Assembly: GCA_963666835.2 (NCBI GenBank)
Contig: CAXXGO010000006.1
Span: 800,001-864,000 of the forward strand
DNA: 64,000 bases
Origin: Phycisphaerae bacterium
Lineage (GTDB): Bacteria; Planctomycetota; Phycisphaerae; UBA1845
Direction of reading: 5' to 3'
This document shows positions 48,554-59,485 of this stretch, one piece after another. Below the pieces are notes generated by a model. The model worked only from the letters and a program-made list of their open reading frames with translations. It was not told the DNA's origin and did not search any database. Each line of letters starts with the position of its first letter. Positions within the stretch are counted from its first letter, which is position 1. The position numbers and the translations under genes are program-made.

Positions 48554-50326
48554 TTATCTCGACGGGCACAACGTCCGGCTCATGCTCCTGGCATTCCATA
48601 CCTCGAACTCACCCGCACCGTTGATCAGATCGATCACGCGGAGGATGTCCGCAGCATTCCAAGCACCGCTACGGTTGATGTCCGTGTGATACTCAACCTG
48701 CGTTCCCGGCGGGCCATTCAGAGAATCGATCAGCCCCTGGATATCGGCCGCATTGGTGACTCCGCTGTTATCCGCGTCGCCCGGCAGGTATCCCATGCAC
48801 CATTCCTGGTCCGTCGCTATGTGCTTCAGGCACGTCCAGTGGTCCGCGGTGATCGAGCGATCCAGCCGAACTGTGATTGTATTGTAATTGGCATCAGCTT
48901 CGATGGAGTCTATGGCCGGCGGGATTAGCTCGGCCGGGGCGGTGCTAATCGAGAAATCTACTTTCTCGATCTCGTCCTCCATTACGTGCGGATCGCACAG
49001 CATGGTCAGAACGAACTTGTCCCAGCCATCGGCCAGGGTGTTGTCGTTGATCCCGTGAGGCTGCCGTGCGTCCACCTCGCAGTTCGGCGGGAAGATCGAG
49101 ACGACATCCGTCATACTGCAGTCGTCGACGCAGTCGCCACCGAGGCAAACCGTACCGGGGCCACATTCTACGATTGACTCTTCGTGACATTGCCCGGTGC
49201 AGGGATCGCACAAGGCCACGAAGCAGTCCGGATCATCCGGTGGATCGCAGGTGACGCCGGTGCACTGGTCACCACCGAAGTAGACCATCAGCGACTCGTG
49301 TCCACCTACTAATGGATCCTGGTAATACACCGAATGGCGACCCTCGTCGGTCTGCATGTAGGTTGTCTGCAGTTGGTTATCGAACCGCAACTGGACCTCA
49401 AATGTGCCGCAATTGCCCTCTTTGACCTCCAGCAGCATCGCGCCCAGATAATACAGTTCAGATTCGTCCGCACCATAAGGCATGGTAACCGGAGCAGCCC
49501 CCGGCATGATCCCGGATCCAACCTCTACACTCTCGTTCGTTTCGTCACCGGGGAAGACGACCGCGAGGATGTTGACACCCCTGAACATGAAATCGTCATC
49601 AGCCTTGTCGATATACACGGACGACTCCCGTCCACATGAGACGTCGTCTATGCACTCGGAACTGTCGCACGTGCAGAAACTATTGCTCAAATCCCAGTGG
49701 TCGTAGCATGTCTGGTCCCACGAGCAGTAACAGTCGCCATCCTCATATCCGCAGGGCACCGCGGCAATCGCCATCCCCGGGTTCACTCCCCCGTTCCAGA
49801 GCGAAGCGTCAGCATCGAGTGTCCACTGGAACTGCCCGACGTTCGGCCACGGATCGCACGTGTCGTGCACACAAGGCCCATACGCCGCCCCGCAATCGTC
49901 GTCGTCGTCGCATCTCTCTCGATCCTTCAATCCCTGGCAGTGCTTGAACTTACAGGGATCGCTCGAACTACCCTCTTCCCCGCTCCACGCCTGATCGCAG
50001 AAACCGTAGTCATAAATGGCATTGTCACGATGCAGCCAGCATCTGCCCTCCGTTGAGTCGCTGTCCCAGTCGTGTACGAACACCTTGACAAGAATGAAGT
50101 CCCCCTCTTGGAGTCCGCCTGTCACGTCTGCGTCAAACAGCTCATCCGTGAGAGGGGTGCCATTGTACGCCGACTCCCAGGTTCCCTCGTCAAAACGAAG
50201 AACGTCGACCGCCTTGACGGCGAAGGTCGCTCTCGCATACTTCAACGATGCGTTAACGACGGAGCCTGTTGCCAGGAACCCCACGATGCCGCAAACCAGA
50301 CAGAAGCACCACACCGACTTTCTCAT
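48554..50326 (-). CDS. Secreted Cys-rich acidic protein with C-terminal dockerin-like domain
   Basis: Signal peptide, Cys-rich inserts, FPPNCxVDARQPH...WCMGYLPGDA...DINRSG shared with the neighbouring gene. Confidence 0.8.
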   Translation of the reverse strand: MRKSVWCFCLVCGIVGFLATGSVVNASLKYARATFAVKAVDVLRFDEGTWESAYNGTPLTDELFDADVTGGLQEGDFILVKVFVHDWDSDSTEGRCWLHRDNAIYDYGFCDQAWSGEEGSSSDPCKFKHCQGLKDRERCDDDDDCGAAYGPCVHDTCDPWPNVGQFQWTLDADASLWNGGVNPGMAIAAVPCGYEDGDCYCSWDQTCYDHWDLSNSFCTCDSSECIDDVSCGRESSVYIDKADDDFMFRGVNILAVVFPGDETNESVEVGSGIMPGAAPVTMPYGADESELYYLGAMLLEVKEGNCGTFEVQLRFDNQLQTTYMQTDEGRHSVYYQDPLVGGHESLMVYFGGDQCTGVTCDPPDDPDCFVALCDPCTGQCHEESIVECGPGTVCLGGDCVDDCSMTDVVSIFPPNCEVDARQPHGINDNTLADGWDKFVLTMLCDPHVMEDEIEKVDFSISTAPAELIPPAIDSIEADANYNTITVRLDRSITADHWTCLKHIATDQEWCMGYLPGDADNSGVTNAADIQGLIDSLNGPPGTQVEYHTDINRSGAWNAADILRVIDLINGAGEFEVWNARSMSRTLCPSR

Positions 50327-50854
50327 TGCTTGTCCCCTTCTTCAACAGCAGATCGCGGAGGACGTCACGGTCCCCGGCATCGCCAATTAAATCAGTCTAA
50401 CCTGTTAAATCCCATCTCTCAACACAAGTCACGACCCGATCACCGGCAGCCAACTTATGCTGTAACACACCACTATAACTAAACTTACGAAGAACTCGCT
50501 ACGGCCGGCTTCGAAACCGCCCTAAGTACCCCCCGGGAGCCAAAACCCGTCACGAAAAGAGCCGATCCGCCCCCTATCCTTCGACAATCGGCCCGTCGTG
50601 ATTAAGCCGAACCCCAAGCGTACAGCTTATCGAGACCCCGCAACAAAATCAATACTTCTTGACGGAGAATCTACCCGCCAGCGCTCCTCAAGCCCATCGG
50701 ACCCAACAAGCGACTTGATTATAGGTAAACTAGGATCAGATGTCCAACGAAATGCCCCCCGGAACATCCAGCAATCTTTGACCGAATGACGTTGTCCTCC
50801 CAAACGAACACACTCGGCAAAACTAGTCCATTGACAGTTATTGGACGTAAAATA

Positions 50855-52141
50855 TCAAAGATGCGTCCTATAATGAAACACCCTGTTGTGGAAGGTCCCA
50901 ATGACCCTGGCAGGCAAAGTCCAGCCTCCGAAAGGCGTGTTCCGGCCCATCGAAACGAACCGGTTCGGATCCACGGTCCACTCGACATTTGGATCGAAAA
51001 CGGTCAGATCGGCGAGCTCGCCAAGCTGGAGTGTCGAACGACGAAGACCCAGCACCGAGGCCGGTGCGATACTCAGCCACCGCACCAAGTCGGGCCAGTC
51101 CGCTAACCCGGACTCCACCATCACCCGGGCCGCTACCGACAACGCCGTCTCCAGCCCTACGACCCCCGGTGGAGCCCGGAGGAGCCCGGCTTGCTTCTCC
51201 TCCGCCGTATGCGGGGCGTGATCGGTCGCGATGCAGTCGATCGTCCCGTCCACCAGACCGCGCCGGCAGGCCTCCACATCGGCCCGCGGCCGCAGTGGAG
51301 GGTTCATCTTGTTGTTTGCGTTGCCCGCCACGCAGGCGTCTTCGGTCAGAGCCAGATGATGAGGACACACCTCCGCAGTTATCGGAACCCCCTCCGCCTT
51401 CGCCTTCCGCACCAGTTCAACGGCGCGGGACGTGGAAATATGGGCGACGTGGTAACGCCCTCCGGTCTCGCGGCTCAGCGAGATGTCACGCTCGATCATC
51501 GCCTCTTCAGAACACGGGTCGATTCCGGCGACCTGGAGCCGGCGCGACACCTCGCCAAGATGGATTACCCCGCCCGACGACATGTCCCGGTAGTCACAGT
51601 GCTGAATGAGAACCGCCCCGGTCTTCTTGGCCAGTTCGAACGCCGCCCGCATGACCCGGTCGTCCTCGACGCCGTCACCGTCATCACTGAAGGCAACGGC
51701 CCCCGCCTTCAACAAGGCCTCAAAGTCGGTCAATTCGCGTCCGGACCGCCCGCGAGTGATCGCGGCGATCGGGCCTAACGTGCAGCTTCCGGCTTCCCGG
51801 GCCTTCTGAAGCACCCAGCGAACCGTATCCTCGTTGTCGATCGGAGGTTGCGTATTGGGCATACACGCCACAAACGTGAAACCGCCTGCGGCCGCAGCTG
51901 CCAGCCCAGTCTTGATCGTCTCCTTGTGAGTCTGACCCGGCTCGCGAAGGTGAACGTGGAGATCGACCAGTCCGGGACAGACGATGCACCCGGGAAGATC
52001 AACGACTGCGGCCTGCGGTGGGGCGGTATCCGTGATCTTCCCGCATTCGATGAACAGATCCGCCACTTCGTCCCGACCAACGGAAGCGTCGATAACGCGC
52101 GCGCCGCGCAGGATCAGGGCATTATGGTCTTCGGCGTTCAC
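50855..52141 (-). CDS. pyrC: Dihydroorotase
   Basis: DLHVHLREPG, MPNT, FSDDG, HVAHIS, EVCPHHL, KMNPPLR, ATDHAPH, NTPF. Confidence 0.93.
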   Translation of the reverse strand: MNAEDHNALILRGARVIDASVGRDEVADLFIECGKITDTAPPQAAVVDLPGCIVCPGLVDLHVHLREPGQTHKETIKTGLAAAAAGGFTFVACMPNTQPPIDNEDTVRWVLQKAREAGSCTLGPIAAITRGRSGRELTDFEALLKAGAVAFSDDGDGVEDDRVMRAAFELAKKTGAVLIQHCDYRDMSSGGVIHLGEVSRRLQVAGIDPCSEEAMIERDISLSRETGGRYHVAHISTSRAVELVRKAKAEGVPITAEVCPHHLALTEDACVAGNANNKMNPPLRPRADVEACRRGLVDGTIDCIATDHAPHTAEEKQAGLLRAPPGVVGLETALSVAARVMVESGLADWPDLVRWLSIAPASVLGLRRSTLQLGELADLTVFDPNVEWTVDPNRFVSMGRNTPFGGWTLPARVIGTFHNRVFHYRTHL

Positions 52142-52370
52142 AATCGACGGGCTCCATTCGGATGAGCTTGCTTTACCTTACCGGCTTTACGCCGGCGCTG
52201 CGGATCGCGATTGCACTCCTCCCCGGGGAGCATCTGAAACACAGACACGGATAGCGCCTGCAAACGAGGCAGGCGCACATGAAACGGGCCGGAGGCTCAT
52301 CCGGAGTGTAAGCACTGCCTGCCACTGTGAATGGGTTACGACGGCCCAGCCGAAACGGCCGGCCGAGGGC

Positions 52371-52568
52371 CTAGCCGAATGGAACGACTTCCTCCGCCGG
52401 ATTCGCCTGGTTCGGCACGAAGCTGTCTTCGCATCCTTCGACGTATCCACAACGCTCGCACAGTCTCGCACACTGGCGATCGAACAGAACGCCACGTTCA
52501 CATTGGGGACACTGCAGTACGCTCGTTGTAGTGCTCGCCCCGCCGTACCCGCGTTCCTTACTCTTCAC
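52371..52568 (-). CDS. Putative 65-aa zinc-ribbon microprotein
   Basis: GTG start behind GGAG; CPQC-x8-C-x3-CERCGYxxGC-ED. Confidence 0.5.
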   Translation of the reverse strand: MKSKERGYGGASTTTSVLQCPQCERGVLFDRQCARLCERCGYVEGCEDSFVPNQANPAEEVVPFG

Positions 52569-52727
52569 GTTCCGGCTCCATCCTTGGAAGGGCACCTTGC
52601 AGGTGCCGGCCAACCGTTCCAACGGCACGACAATGACGGTAGTATACGGGCACTCGGCACCCGCCGTCCACACCTGTGAGGCAGGGGTTTGCCAGGATGG
52701 CACCACCGTTAGGAACGATGATTCATC

Positions 52728-54503
52728 ATGTATCGGCCAATACTCGAGCGGGGGCGCCCCGGCCGAATCCCAATCGGTATCGCTATTATCGCGGCGGCGG
52801 TTCTTAATGCCGGGCCGACGGTAATCTGCTGCGCTGCACCAGACCCGTTCGGCGATCCCGCAACGGCGCATGCGGATTTGGTGATCGTTGGAGCCAAGAT
52901 CTGGACCGGCGTACCCAAGAGCGAGGCAAGTAGCGTTCGCCCGGGCTTTGCCACGGCGCTGGCCGTCACCGGTGAAGTGATATCCGTCGTGGGAAGTGAT
53001 GCGGCCGCACGGACGCTCGTGGGTCCGGGCACGACAGTTATCGAGGCGAAGGGTCGACGGGTCATTCCTGGGATTACCGATAGCCACACGCATCTGATTG
53101 CCGGTGGTTTTCAACTTGCGCGCTTGATGTTACGCGATGTGAGTGGCCGAGAGGAGTTCGTTCGCGCGGTGGAGCAAGCGGCCCGAGCCAAGAAGCCCGG
53201 TGAGTGGCTGCTGGGCGGTCGATGGAGCGTCGAGAGTTGGCGTGATCCAACGCCCCCGAACAAGAGCTGGATCGATCCTTCTACACGTGATATCCCGGTG
53301 TACCTGACGCGTATGGACGGGCACCAGGCGCTGGTGAATTCCGCGGCGCTGCAACTGGCCGGGATAGACTCCGTCGGCCCGAAGGACCCGCCCGGAGGCG
53401 AGATCGAACGAGATCCCAAGACCGGCGAGCCGACCGGGATTCTTAAAGAATCAGCCCGGGACCTGGTGAAAGATCTGATCCCCGAGCCGGACGCCGCCGA
53501 ACGGTACGAGGCCTTCCGCCGGGCGATGGAGCATGCGAACTCGCTTGGCATCACCTCGGTCCACGATATGAGTGTGCCGGCGGATCTGGAGGCGTTCCGG
53601 TTGGCTGCCGCTGACAGTGCCATGACCCTGCGCGTTACCACGTACTTGATGGACGTCAGTGATTGGACGGTGTTCTTCGACGAAATCTCGGCAGGAACCC
53701 TGAACACGAAGATGTTCCACTTGCCGGGGTTCAAGGGATTCATGGATGGATCTCTGGGTAGCCGAACGGCCTACATGCGCGAACCGTATAGTGACGCCGC
53801 CCCGGATGCGCCGTACCCCCGCGGGCAGCTTGCCGCCATGGCGGATCCGCCGGAGTCGTTTCGAGAGCGCGTTGCCACGGTAGACGCTCGCGGCCTGCAA
53901 CTGGCCGTTCACTCCATTGGTGACGAAGCCAACCACCTTCTACTTAACGCCTACGAAGCCGCCGCCGCTAAGAACGGAGCTCGCGACGCTCGCCACCGGG
54001 TGGAACATGCCCAGCACCTGCTGGTTTCGGACATCCCGCGTTTTGCCGCCCTCGGCGTCGTGGCTTCGATGCAGCCGCTCCACAAGGCGGACGACGGCCG
54101 CTACGCCGAAAAGGCCCTCGGGCGTAAGCGCCTGGCCGGGTCATACGCCTACCGGCAATTACTCGACTCGGGCGCTTTAGTGTGCTTCGGCAGCGATTGG
54201 CCGGTGGTTTCGCTCAACCCGTTTCTGGGGATGATGTCAGCCGTCAACGCGCGCACTCTTGACGGCAAGGTGTGGTTAGCGTCGCATTCGACGACGTTTG
54301 AAGAGGCGTTGCGGGCGTACACGGTGTCCCCGCCGCGTGCGATCCACTGCGAAGACCGTTTCGGAACGATCGAGCCGGGCAAGCTGGCCGATCTGGTCGT
54401 TCTGGCAGATGACCCGTTTTCGCTGAGCCCGGATCAAATCGGCGACGTCAGAGTGGATCTTACAATCGTCGGCGGGAAGGTCGTCTACACCAGACCGGAT
54501 TGA
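52728..54503 (+). CDS. Amidohydrolase family 3 (YtcJ-like)
   Basis: PGITDSHTH, RMDGH, GFKGFMDGSLGS, HSIGD, RVEHAQ, FGSDWP, GKLADLVVL. Confidence 0.9.
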   Translation: MYRPILERGRPGRIPIGIAIIAAAVLNAGPTVICCAAPDPFGDPATAHADLVIVGAKIWTGVPKSEASSVRPGFATALAVTGEVISVVGSDAAARTLVGPGTTVIEAKGRRVIPGITDSHTHLIAGGFQLARLMLRDVSGREEFVRAVEQAARAKKPGEWLLGGRWSVESWRDPTPPNKSWIDPSTRDIPVYLTRMDGHQALVNSAALQLAGIDSVGPKDPPGGEIERDPKTGEPTGILKESARDLVKDLIPEPDAAERYEAFRRAMEHANSLGITSVHDMSVPADLEAFRLAAADSAMTLRVTTYLMDVSDWTVFFDEISAGTLNTKMFHLPGFKGFMDGSLGSRTAYMREPYSDAAPDAPYPRGQLAAMADPPESFRERVATVDARGLQLAVHSIGDEANHLLLNAYEAAAAKNGARDARHRVEHAQHLLVSDIPRFAALGVVASMQPLHKADDGRYAEKALGRKRLAGSYAYRQLLDSGALVCFGSDWPVVSLNPFLGMMSAVNARTLDGKVWLASHSTTFEEALRAYTVSPPRAIHCEDRFGTIEPGKLADLVVLADDPFSLSPDQIGDVRVDLTIVGGKVVYTRPD

Positions 54504-54761
54504 CTTCGGCGCCGGACCTGCCGGTGTTCTCCTTCCGGATTGTATCCCAACCCCCGATACGGGGTTGCCGCGCAGAGCGGGATGCCCCGGGGGATCCGGG
54601 GACCACAATCAGCAGCCCATTCTTGGCGCTTGCCGATCGGGCGTTTAGGCTAGGGCTTGGCCGAGGCGGCCTCAAAGCCATCTCGGCGTTTTGAACACGG
54701 GTGGATCAGCACGGTTGCTGCCCCCCGACCGCCTCCGGCATAACGCAAGGCCGAAGGCGAT

Positions 54762-54835
<74 letters not shown>

Positions 54836-54961
54836 TGTTGACAGCGTTTGTCTGGCGTCCATAACTCTTGCCAGCAACGCCACTTATGGCACTTCGGTTT
54901 CTCGGTTCCGGTGACACGCTTCTGTCAGAAATTGCCCCCGATATGCACCGTTTGCCGGAGT

Positions 54962-54985
54962 TTGGTGTAAGCATTGGTGTAAGCA
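54962..54985. repeat. 12-bp tandem direct repeat TTGGTGTAAGCA x2
   Basis: Exact duplication about 130 bp downstream of the tRNA. Confidence 0.7.
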
Positions 54986-55217
54986 AACTCGACCCGTTTT
55001 CGGTGGGTTCGGCCGGTCCGGTTGCCGTCTGCTGACGGTCCTCCCGACACCGTCGGCGGTCCCGTCGAGACTATCGGGCACCATCGGAGACCAGTTTCAT
55101 CGGGTACTCGCTCTTCGCGCATGACCGGAGTTGAGGTCGCTGTTACATAGCATTCTCTCTGTCAAGAGCCGTGGGGCGCGCGACTGGCGGAGGTGGGACA
55201 GTGCCTTCTTCCGCGTG

Positions 55218-55856
55218 TCATCGCGGGGCTGACGCCGCGGAGGTCTTTGCATCGGGCTGGGAGTCGACCCCGTTCCGGACTTCTCTCAGAAGCTGCTTAC
55301 CGTTGCGGACCGCGCCGTCCATTGCCTCAAGCAACTCGTGGGTATCAGTGGGTTTGCCTTCTTTGGCGATGGTTTCCGCACGGTCGCCATGGCTGGCACC
55401 ACGCAATCGGCGGGCAAGTCTGGCCTCTTCAATAAGTGCTGACTGGCGTTTGGTGACCTCAAGCAAGTCGCGGCTTTTCGCGAGCAGGTCCTTTTGTTCG
55501 AGGGCGCGACGGATCGTTATCGCAAGGTCGATTTCGTTGCAGGGTTTGGTGAAGAACTGGTACACCTTCCCCTCGTTAATGGCGCGCAACGCGGTCGGAA
55601 GTGTTGGGTTTCCTGTTAGTACGATCCGGACCGTATCCGGGTACCCCTGCGCCACCCTGCCAAGGAACTCTGTCCCAGACATGCCGGGCATCTCTTCGTC
55701 AGAGACAATGAGATCGACACTGCGATCCTCGAGGAGTGTGGCCGCCTCCTCGGCTGAGTTGGCGGTCAGAATCTCGTACGGCTCCTTGCGCAGAACGCGA
55801 GTCAGTCCATCCAAGACGTTGGGTTCATCATCGATAAGAAGTACGGTGTGGCTCAT
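55218..55856 (-). CDS. Response regulator (receiver + coiled-coil tail)
   Basis: LIDDE, VSDEEMPGMSG, IVLTG, TKPC. Confidence 0.88.
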   Translation of the reverse strand: MSHTVLLIDDEPNVLDGLTRVLRKEPYEILTANSAEEAATLLEDRSVDLIVSDEEMPGMSGTEFLGRVAQGYPDTVRIVLTGNPTLPTALRAINEGKVYQFFTKPCNEIDLAITIRRALEQKDLLAKSRDLLEVTKRQSALIEEARLARRLRGASHGDRAETIAKEGKPTDTHELLEAMDGAVRNGKQLLREVRNGVDSQPDAKTSAASAPR

Positions 55857-55875
55857 ATCATCTTCTCCAATTCGC

Positions 55876-57045
55876 CTACGCTCGCGCGGTCACGGGAGAA
55901 CAGACATCGCTTCGTACGAGAACGCGAATAGGCTCGCTGATCTTGCGTTTGCGGGCGAAGTTCTTTAGCCGCTGGCAGACTGAAGACGTTACGTCTTGCC
56001 CTTTCCCAACCAGTATGACGCCATCCTCCGTCGTCACATCCTCCGCCAACGTCATTGAGGCCGTAAGATCCTTCAGTTTGACTTCTTGAATCTCGAAAGT
56101 CTCCTCAAAGCCGATCACCGTTTCGAGTGCCTTGAGAATATCGGGATCGTACCACCCCGAGCGTTGACGCAGCTCGACGGTCACGTTTATTTCGGTCAGG
56201 CCGGTCCATTTGAGCGCGTTGTAGTCCAACGCCACCTTCAGAACACGGGCTCCGAGTGGAATTTCTGTGCCAGCGACAGAGTCCACTGGCGGGCCTGTTC
56301 CATCGAAACGCTTCTGCTGATAGGCAATGATTTGGGCAACACCCTCCAGTCTTGGGATGTTGACGACCAGGTCACGACCGGCCGCCGGGTGCGACTCGAA
56401 TATCTCTGATTCTGCAGGTGTGAGCGTCCTGCAATGGTAGATCTTCTCCAGCGTATCCGGTGGTATCGTGACGCATCCGAGCTGAGACAACATGGCTGCG
56501 ACTTCGACCTCCCAGGCCCGTTCGACGTTCAGTTCCTTGCAGAGTTGACCGACGAGACGGCGACTGCGCGAAGCGTAGCCGAATGCCGTGGGGTTCGTAA
56601 GCGAGAGGACGTCGTTGAGAACCTTGATGCTACCCCGGAGGGTCTTTCCCAGCAGTTCCTTTTCTGCGGTGACAAGGCGGTATTGTTCTATTCCGGCGGT
56701 CAGAGCTTTTGCCAGCTTGTCCGGAGGGCAGGGCTTGGTGAGGAACCGGAAGATGCTGCCTTCGTTCACGGCCTCCATGGCTGTCTGCTGGTCCGAGTTG
56801 CCGGTGAGCATAATCCGCACACTCTCCGGCGCCCGCTTCTTCATGGTGGCGAGAAGCTGGACGCCATCCATGCCGGGCATGCGCATGTCGGACACGATCA
56901 CCGCATAAGGACTCTGGGGATCGAGCATCCCTAGAGCCTGTTCGCCCCCGAGTGCCGTTTCGATCTGGAACTGTTTCCGTAGCCCGCGTTTATAGGCGTC
57001 CAGGATGTTCGCGTCGTCGTCGACACAGAGGATTCTCGCGCTCAT
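55876..57045 (-). CDS. Response regulator with degenerate HD-GYP-like domain
   Basis: VDDD, SDMRMPGMDG, LTKPC; output domain has SQLG and QQKRFDGTGPP in place of HD and HHExxDGxGYP. Confidence 0.85.
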   Translation of the reverse strand: MSARILCVDDDANILDAYKRGLRKQFQIETALGGEQALGMLDPQSPYAVIVSDMRMPGMDGVQLLATMKKRAPESVRIMLTGNSDQQTAMEAVNEGSIFRFLTKPCPPDKLAKALTAGIEQYRLVTAEKELLGKTLRGSIKVLNDVLSLTNPTAFGYASRSRRLVGQLCKELNVERAWEVEVAAMLSQLGCVTIPPDTLEKIYHCRTLTPAESEIFESHPAAGRDLVVNIPRLEGVAQIIAYQQKRFDGTGPPVDSVAGTEIPLGARVLKVALDYNALKWTGLTEINVTVELRQRSGWYDPDILKALETVIGFEETFEIQEVKLKDLTASMTLAEDVTTEDGVILVGKGQDVTSSVCQRLKNFARKRKISEPIRVLVRSDVCSPVTARA

Positions 57046-58253
57046 GCTTCTACTCCGACCTGAGAGACCTCGTTGCGCGCTGATTGCCAGACCGGAACTC
57101 GATCCGCCATGCCGAGTTGATTAAGATAATCGACATCCAGCCCCTCTACAGCTGCAGCCCGGTCTTCACCGTACCACTCGTGTGCCAGGGCATTGGCGAC
57201 ATGTACGGCCGTGAGCGGGGCGAAGGAGTCACCAAAGGACTTGTTCGGGCAGTGGTGGAAGGCGGTGGCCTCCACCATAGACTCCGGGAGACCCCAAAGA
57301 CCGAGTAAGTAGGCCCCCACATCCGCGTGTGTTGCCCCGAGGACCGCTCGCTCCGCCTCGCAGAGTGAGACACGTTTCTCCCGCATGAACACCATGACCT
57401 CGCCGTACTGGTCAGCCATGTTCTGGACCAGGATGAGTTTGCCTACATCGTGTAAGAACCCTGCCATAAAAGAGGCATCTACGGTCTCTTTCGTGGCTTT
57501 CTCGGCTATGGCGATTTGCTTTGCTATCGCCGCGGTTTCCGCACAGTGTTTCTGCAGCGACTCCGGCACGAGGCCCTCAATTGCGGCACCTTCGAACTGT
57601 GAAAAAACATCGATGCTAAGAACAAGAGCCTTGATTGTCTCAGTGCCCAACAGGCTCGCTGCTTGCGCCGGGCTGGAGACCTTCCGGGGAAGCCCGAAAA
57701 ACGCGGAGTTGACCAGTTGAAGAATCTTGGCCGTCATGCCGGGGTCTTCCGCTACGATATCCCCTATGCGTGCTACCGATGCGTCCGGGTATTGCAGCTC
57801 CTCCATTAGCTCCGTGTACAAGGCGGGCAAACTGGGAACCGATTTCACGCGCGATAATGCCTGCTTGAGTGTCTCATCTGACAGGAGGTCTCGCAGGGCG
57901 AAAGTCCGGTTTACCGTCTGCTTCAGTTTCTCCGGGTCGCACGGCTTTGCCAGGAACTGATGTGCCACGCCGACTGACTTCAGGGTCGCCTCCTTGGAGG
58001 ACTGTCCTGAAAGGACGATACGTACGACCTGTGGGTACTGCCGTGTGACCTCCGTCAGCAAGGCCGCTCCATCCATGCCAGGCATGCGCATATCGGAGAC
58101 GATCACATCGAACGGCCGTTCGGCCAGGGCGCCAAGGGCTTCCTGGCTACTCTGTGCGAACGCCATATCCCACTCGCGGCGCATCGGTCGGAGCATTCGT
58201 CGGAGGCCTTCTAGTACGCTCGGTTCGTCGTCGACAAACAGAATGCTCTTCAT
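57042..58253 (-). CDS. Receiver + HDOD domain protein
   Basis: VPSLP, DPGMTAKILQLVNSAFFG, LHDVGKL, HADVGAYLL...WGLP. Confidence 0.9.
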   Translation of the reverse strand: MKSILFVDDEPSVLEGLRRMLRPMRREWDMAFAQSSQEALGALAERPFDVIVSDMRMPGMDGAALLTEVTRQYPQVVRIVLSGQSSKEATLKSVGVAHQFLAKPCDPEKLKQTVNRTFALRDLLSDETLKQALSRVKSVPSLPALYTELMEELQYPDASVARIGDIVAEDPGMTAKILQLVNSAFFGLPRKVSSPAQAASLLGTETIKALVLSIDVFSQFEGAAIEGLVPESLQKHCAETAAIAKQIAIAEKATKETVDASFMAGFLHDVGKLILVQNMADQYGEVMVFMREKRVSLCEAERAVLGATHADVGAYLLGLWGLPESMVEATAFHHCPNKSFGDSFAPLTAVHVANALAHEWYGEDRAAAVEGLDVDYLNQLGMADRVPVWQSARNEVSQVGVEA

Positions 58254-59485
58254 CCGGCTATCCCCTCGCTGCCAGACCAGCAGGTTTCATCGACAAGCAG
58301 CGGGTCGATGAGCTCTCGCCACGCGTCCACCCGGGGGGCAAGGCCAAGTCGGCTTAGATGATCGGTGTCAAGCTGGCTGCGACTACCGCACTCGTGCTGG
58401 ACCTGCCGCTCGTGGGCGAACGCATTGGCGACATGGACGGCGGTTACGGGGCCGAACGCAACTCCCGCCAGCGCGTCGGGTGTGTGGTGGTATGCCACCG
58501 CCGCCACCACTGGATCCGGGAGTCCCCACAGAGCCAGCAGGTACGCGCCGACTTCCGCGTGTGTGGCACCGAATACCTCGCGTTCACTCTGCACGGGTTC
58601 AATGCCTCGTTCGCTGGCCTTGTTCAATGCATCTCGATACTGCGCTGCGAGGGCCTGGCCAAGGACGAGCTTGCCGGCGTCGTGCAGAAGACCGCCCGTG
58701 AACGCTTCGTCTGTTTCTTGCCTATCCAAGCGCTCTGCGAGGGCTATTTGCTTTGCCGCCGTCGCGACACGGACGGAATGGTCCCACAGCGTCTCAAAAT
58801 CAAGGCCGGCCGAAGTGCTATCGCCGAATTGCGAGAACACACCGACACCCAGCACGAGTGCCTTGATTGTGTCGGCGCCCAGCAGGGCGACTGCTTGAGA
58901 GGGGCTTGAGATGTGCCGAGGCATACCAAAGAAGGCTGAGTTGACGAGCTGAAGCACCTTGGCTGTCATAGCCGGGTCTCTTCCTACGATGTCCCCCACC
59001 TTCTTGACGGTCATCCCCTCGCCCTGGACTTCCGCAATGAGCTCTGCATAGAGACTCGGCAGACTCGGCAGGGATTCTACTTGTGTTAGAAGCTGCGCAA
59101 GTGATTGATCTCGCAGTGTTTCCCGGAGTTCAAGCGCCCGCGCAATGGCCCTTTCCAAGGCTTCTCTATCACATGGTTTAGTCAGATACTGGTGTGCCAG
59201 GCCCACGGACCTGACGGCGGTCTTCTTGGACGAGTGCCCGGAAAGTACTATTCGGATGATGTGCGGGTACTGCCGGGCGACTTCGGCCAGAAGCGTTGGG
59301 CCATCCATGCCCGGCATCCGCATGTCGGTTATAAGAACGTCAAAGGGCTCTTCTGTCAGCACTGCAAGAGCATCTTGACCGCCTGATGCGAACCTCATTT
59401 GCCATTGACGCCGTTTGGGGCGAAGCATGCGTCGTAACCCTTGCAGTACGCTTTCTTCGTCATCCACGAATAGGATTCTGGTCAC
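58250..59485 (-). CDS. Receiver + HDOD domain protein (tandem paralog)
   Basis: LPSLP, DPAMTAKVLQLVNSAFFG, LHDAGKL; GTG start overlaps the upstream stop. Confidence 0.88.
   Translation of the reverse strand: MTRILFVDDEESVLQGLRRMLRPKRRQWQMRFASGGQDALAVLTEEPFDVLITDMRMPGMDGPTLLAEVARQYPHIIRIVLSGHSSKKTAVRSVGLAHQYLTKPCDREALERAIARALELRETLRDQSLAQLLTQVESLPSLPSLYAELIAEVQGEGMTVKKVGDIVGRDPAMTAKVLQLVNSAFFGMPRHISSPSQAVALLGADTIKALVLGVGVFSQFGDSTSAGLDFETLWDHSVRVATAAKQIALAERLDRQETDEAFTGGLLHDAGKLVLGQALAAQYRDALNKASERGIEPVQSEREVFGATHAEVGAYLLALWGLPDPVVAAVAYHHTPDALAGVAFGPVTAVHVANAFAHERQVQHECGSRSQLDTDHLSRLGLAPRVDAWRELIDPLLVDETCWSGSEGIAG

Noticed and set aside
50330..50850. AT-richer intergenic region as ncRNA or riboswitch
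   Set aside because: No recognisable motif or convincing stems; probably promoter DNA
52569..53114. N-terminal part of the 247-aa minus-strand ORF
   Set aside because: Mostly antisense to the amidohydrolase gene; only the last 65 codons look coding
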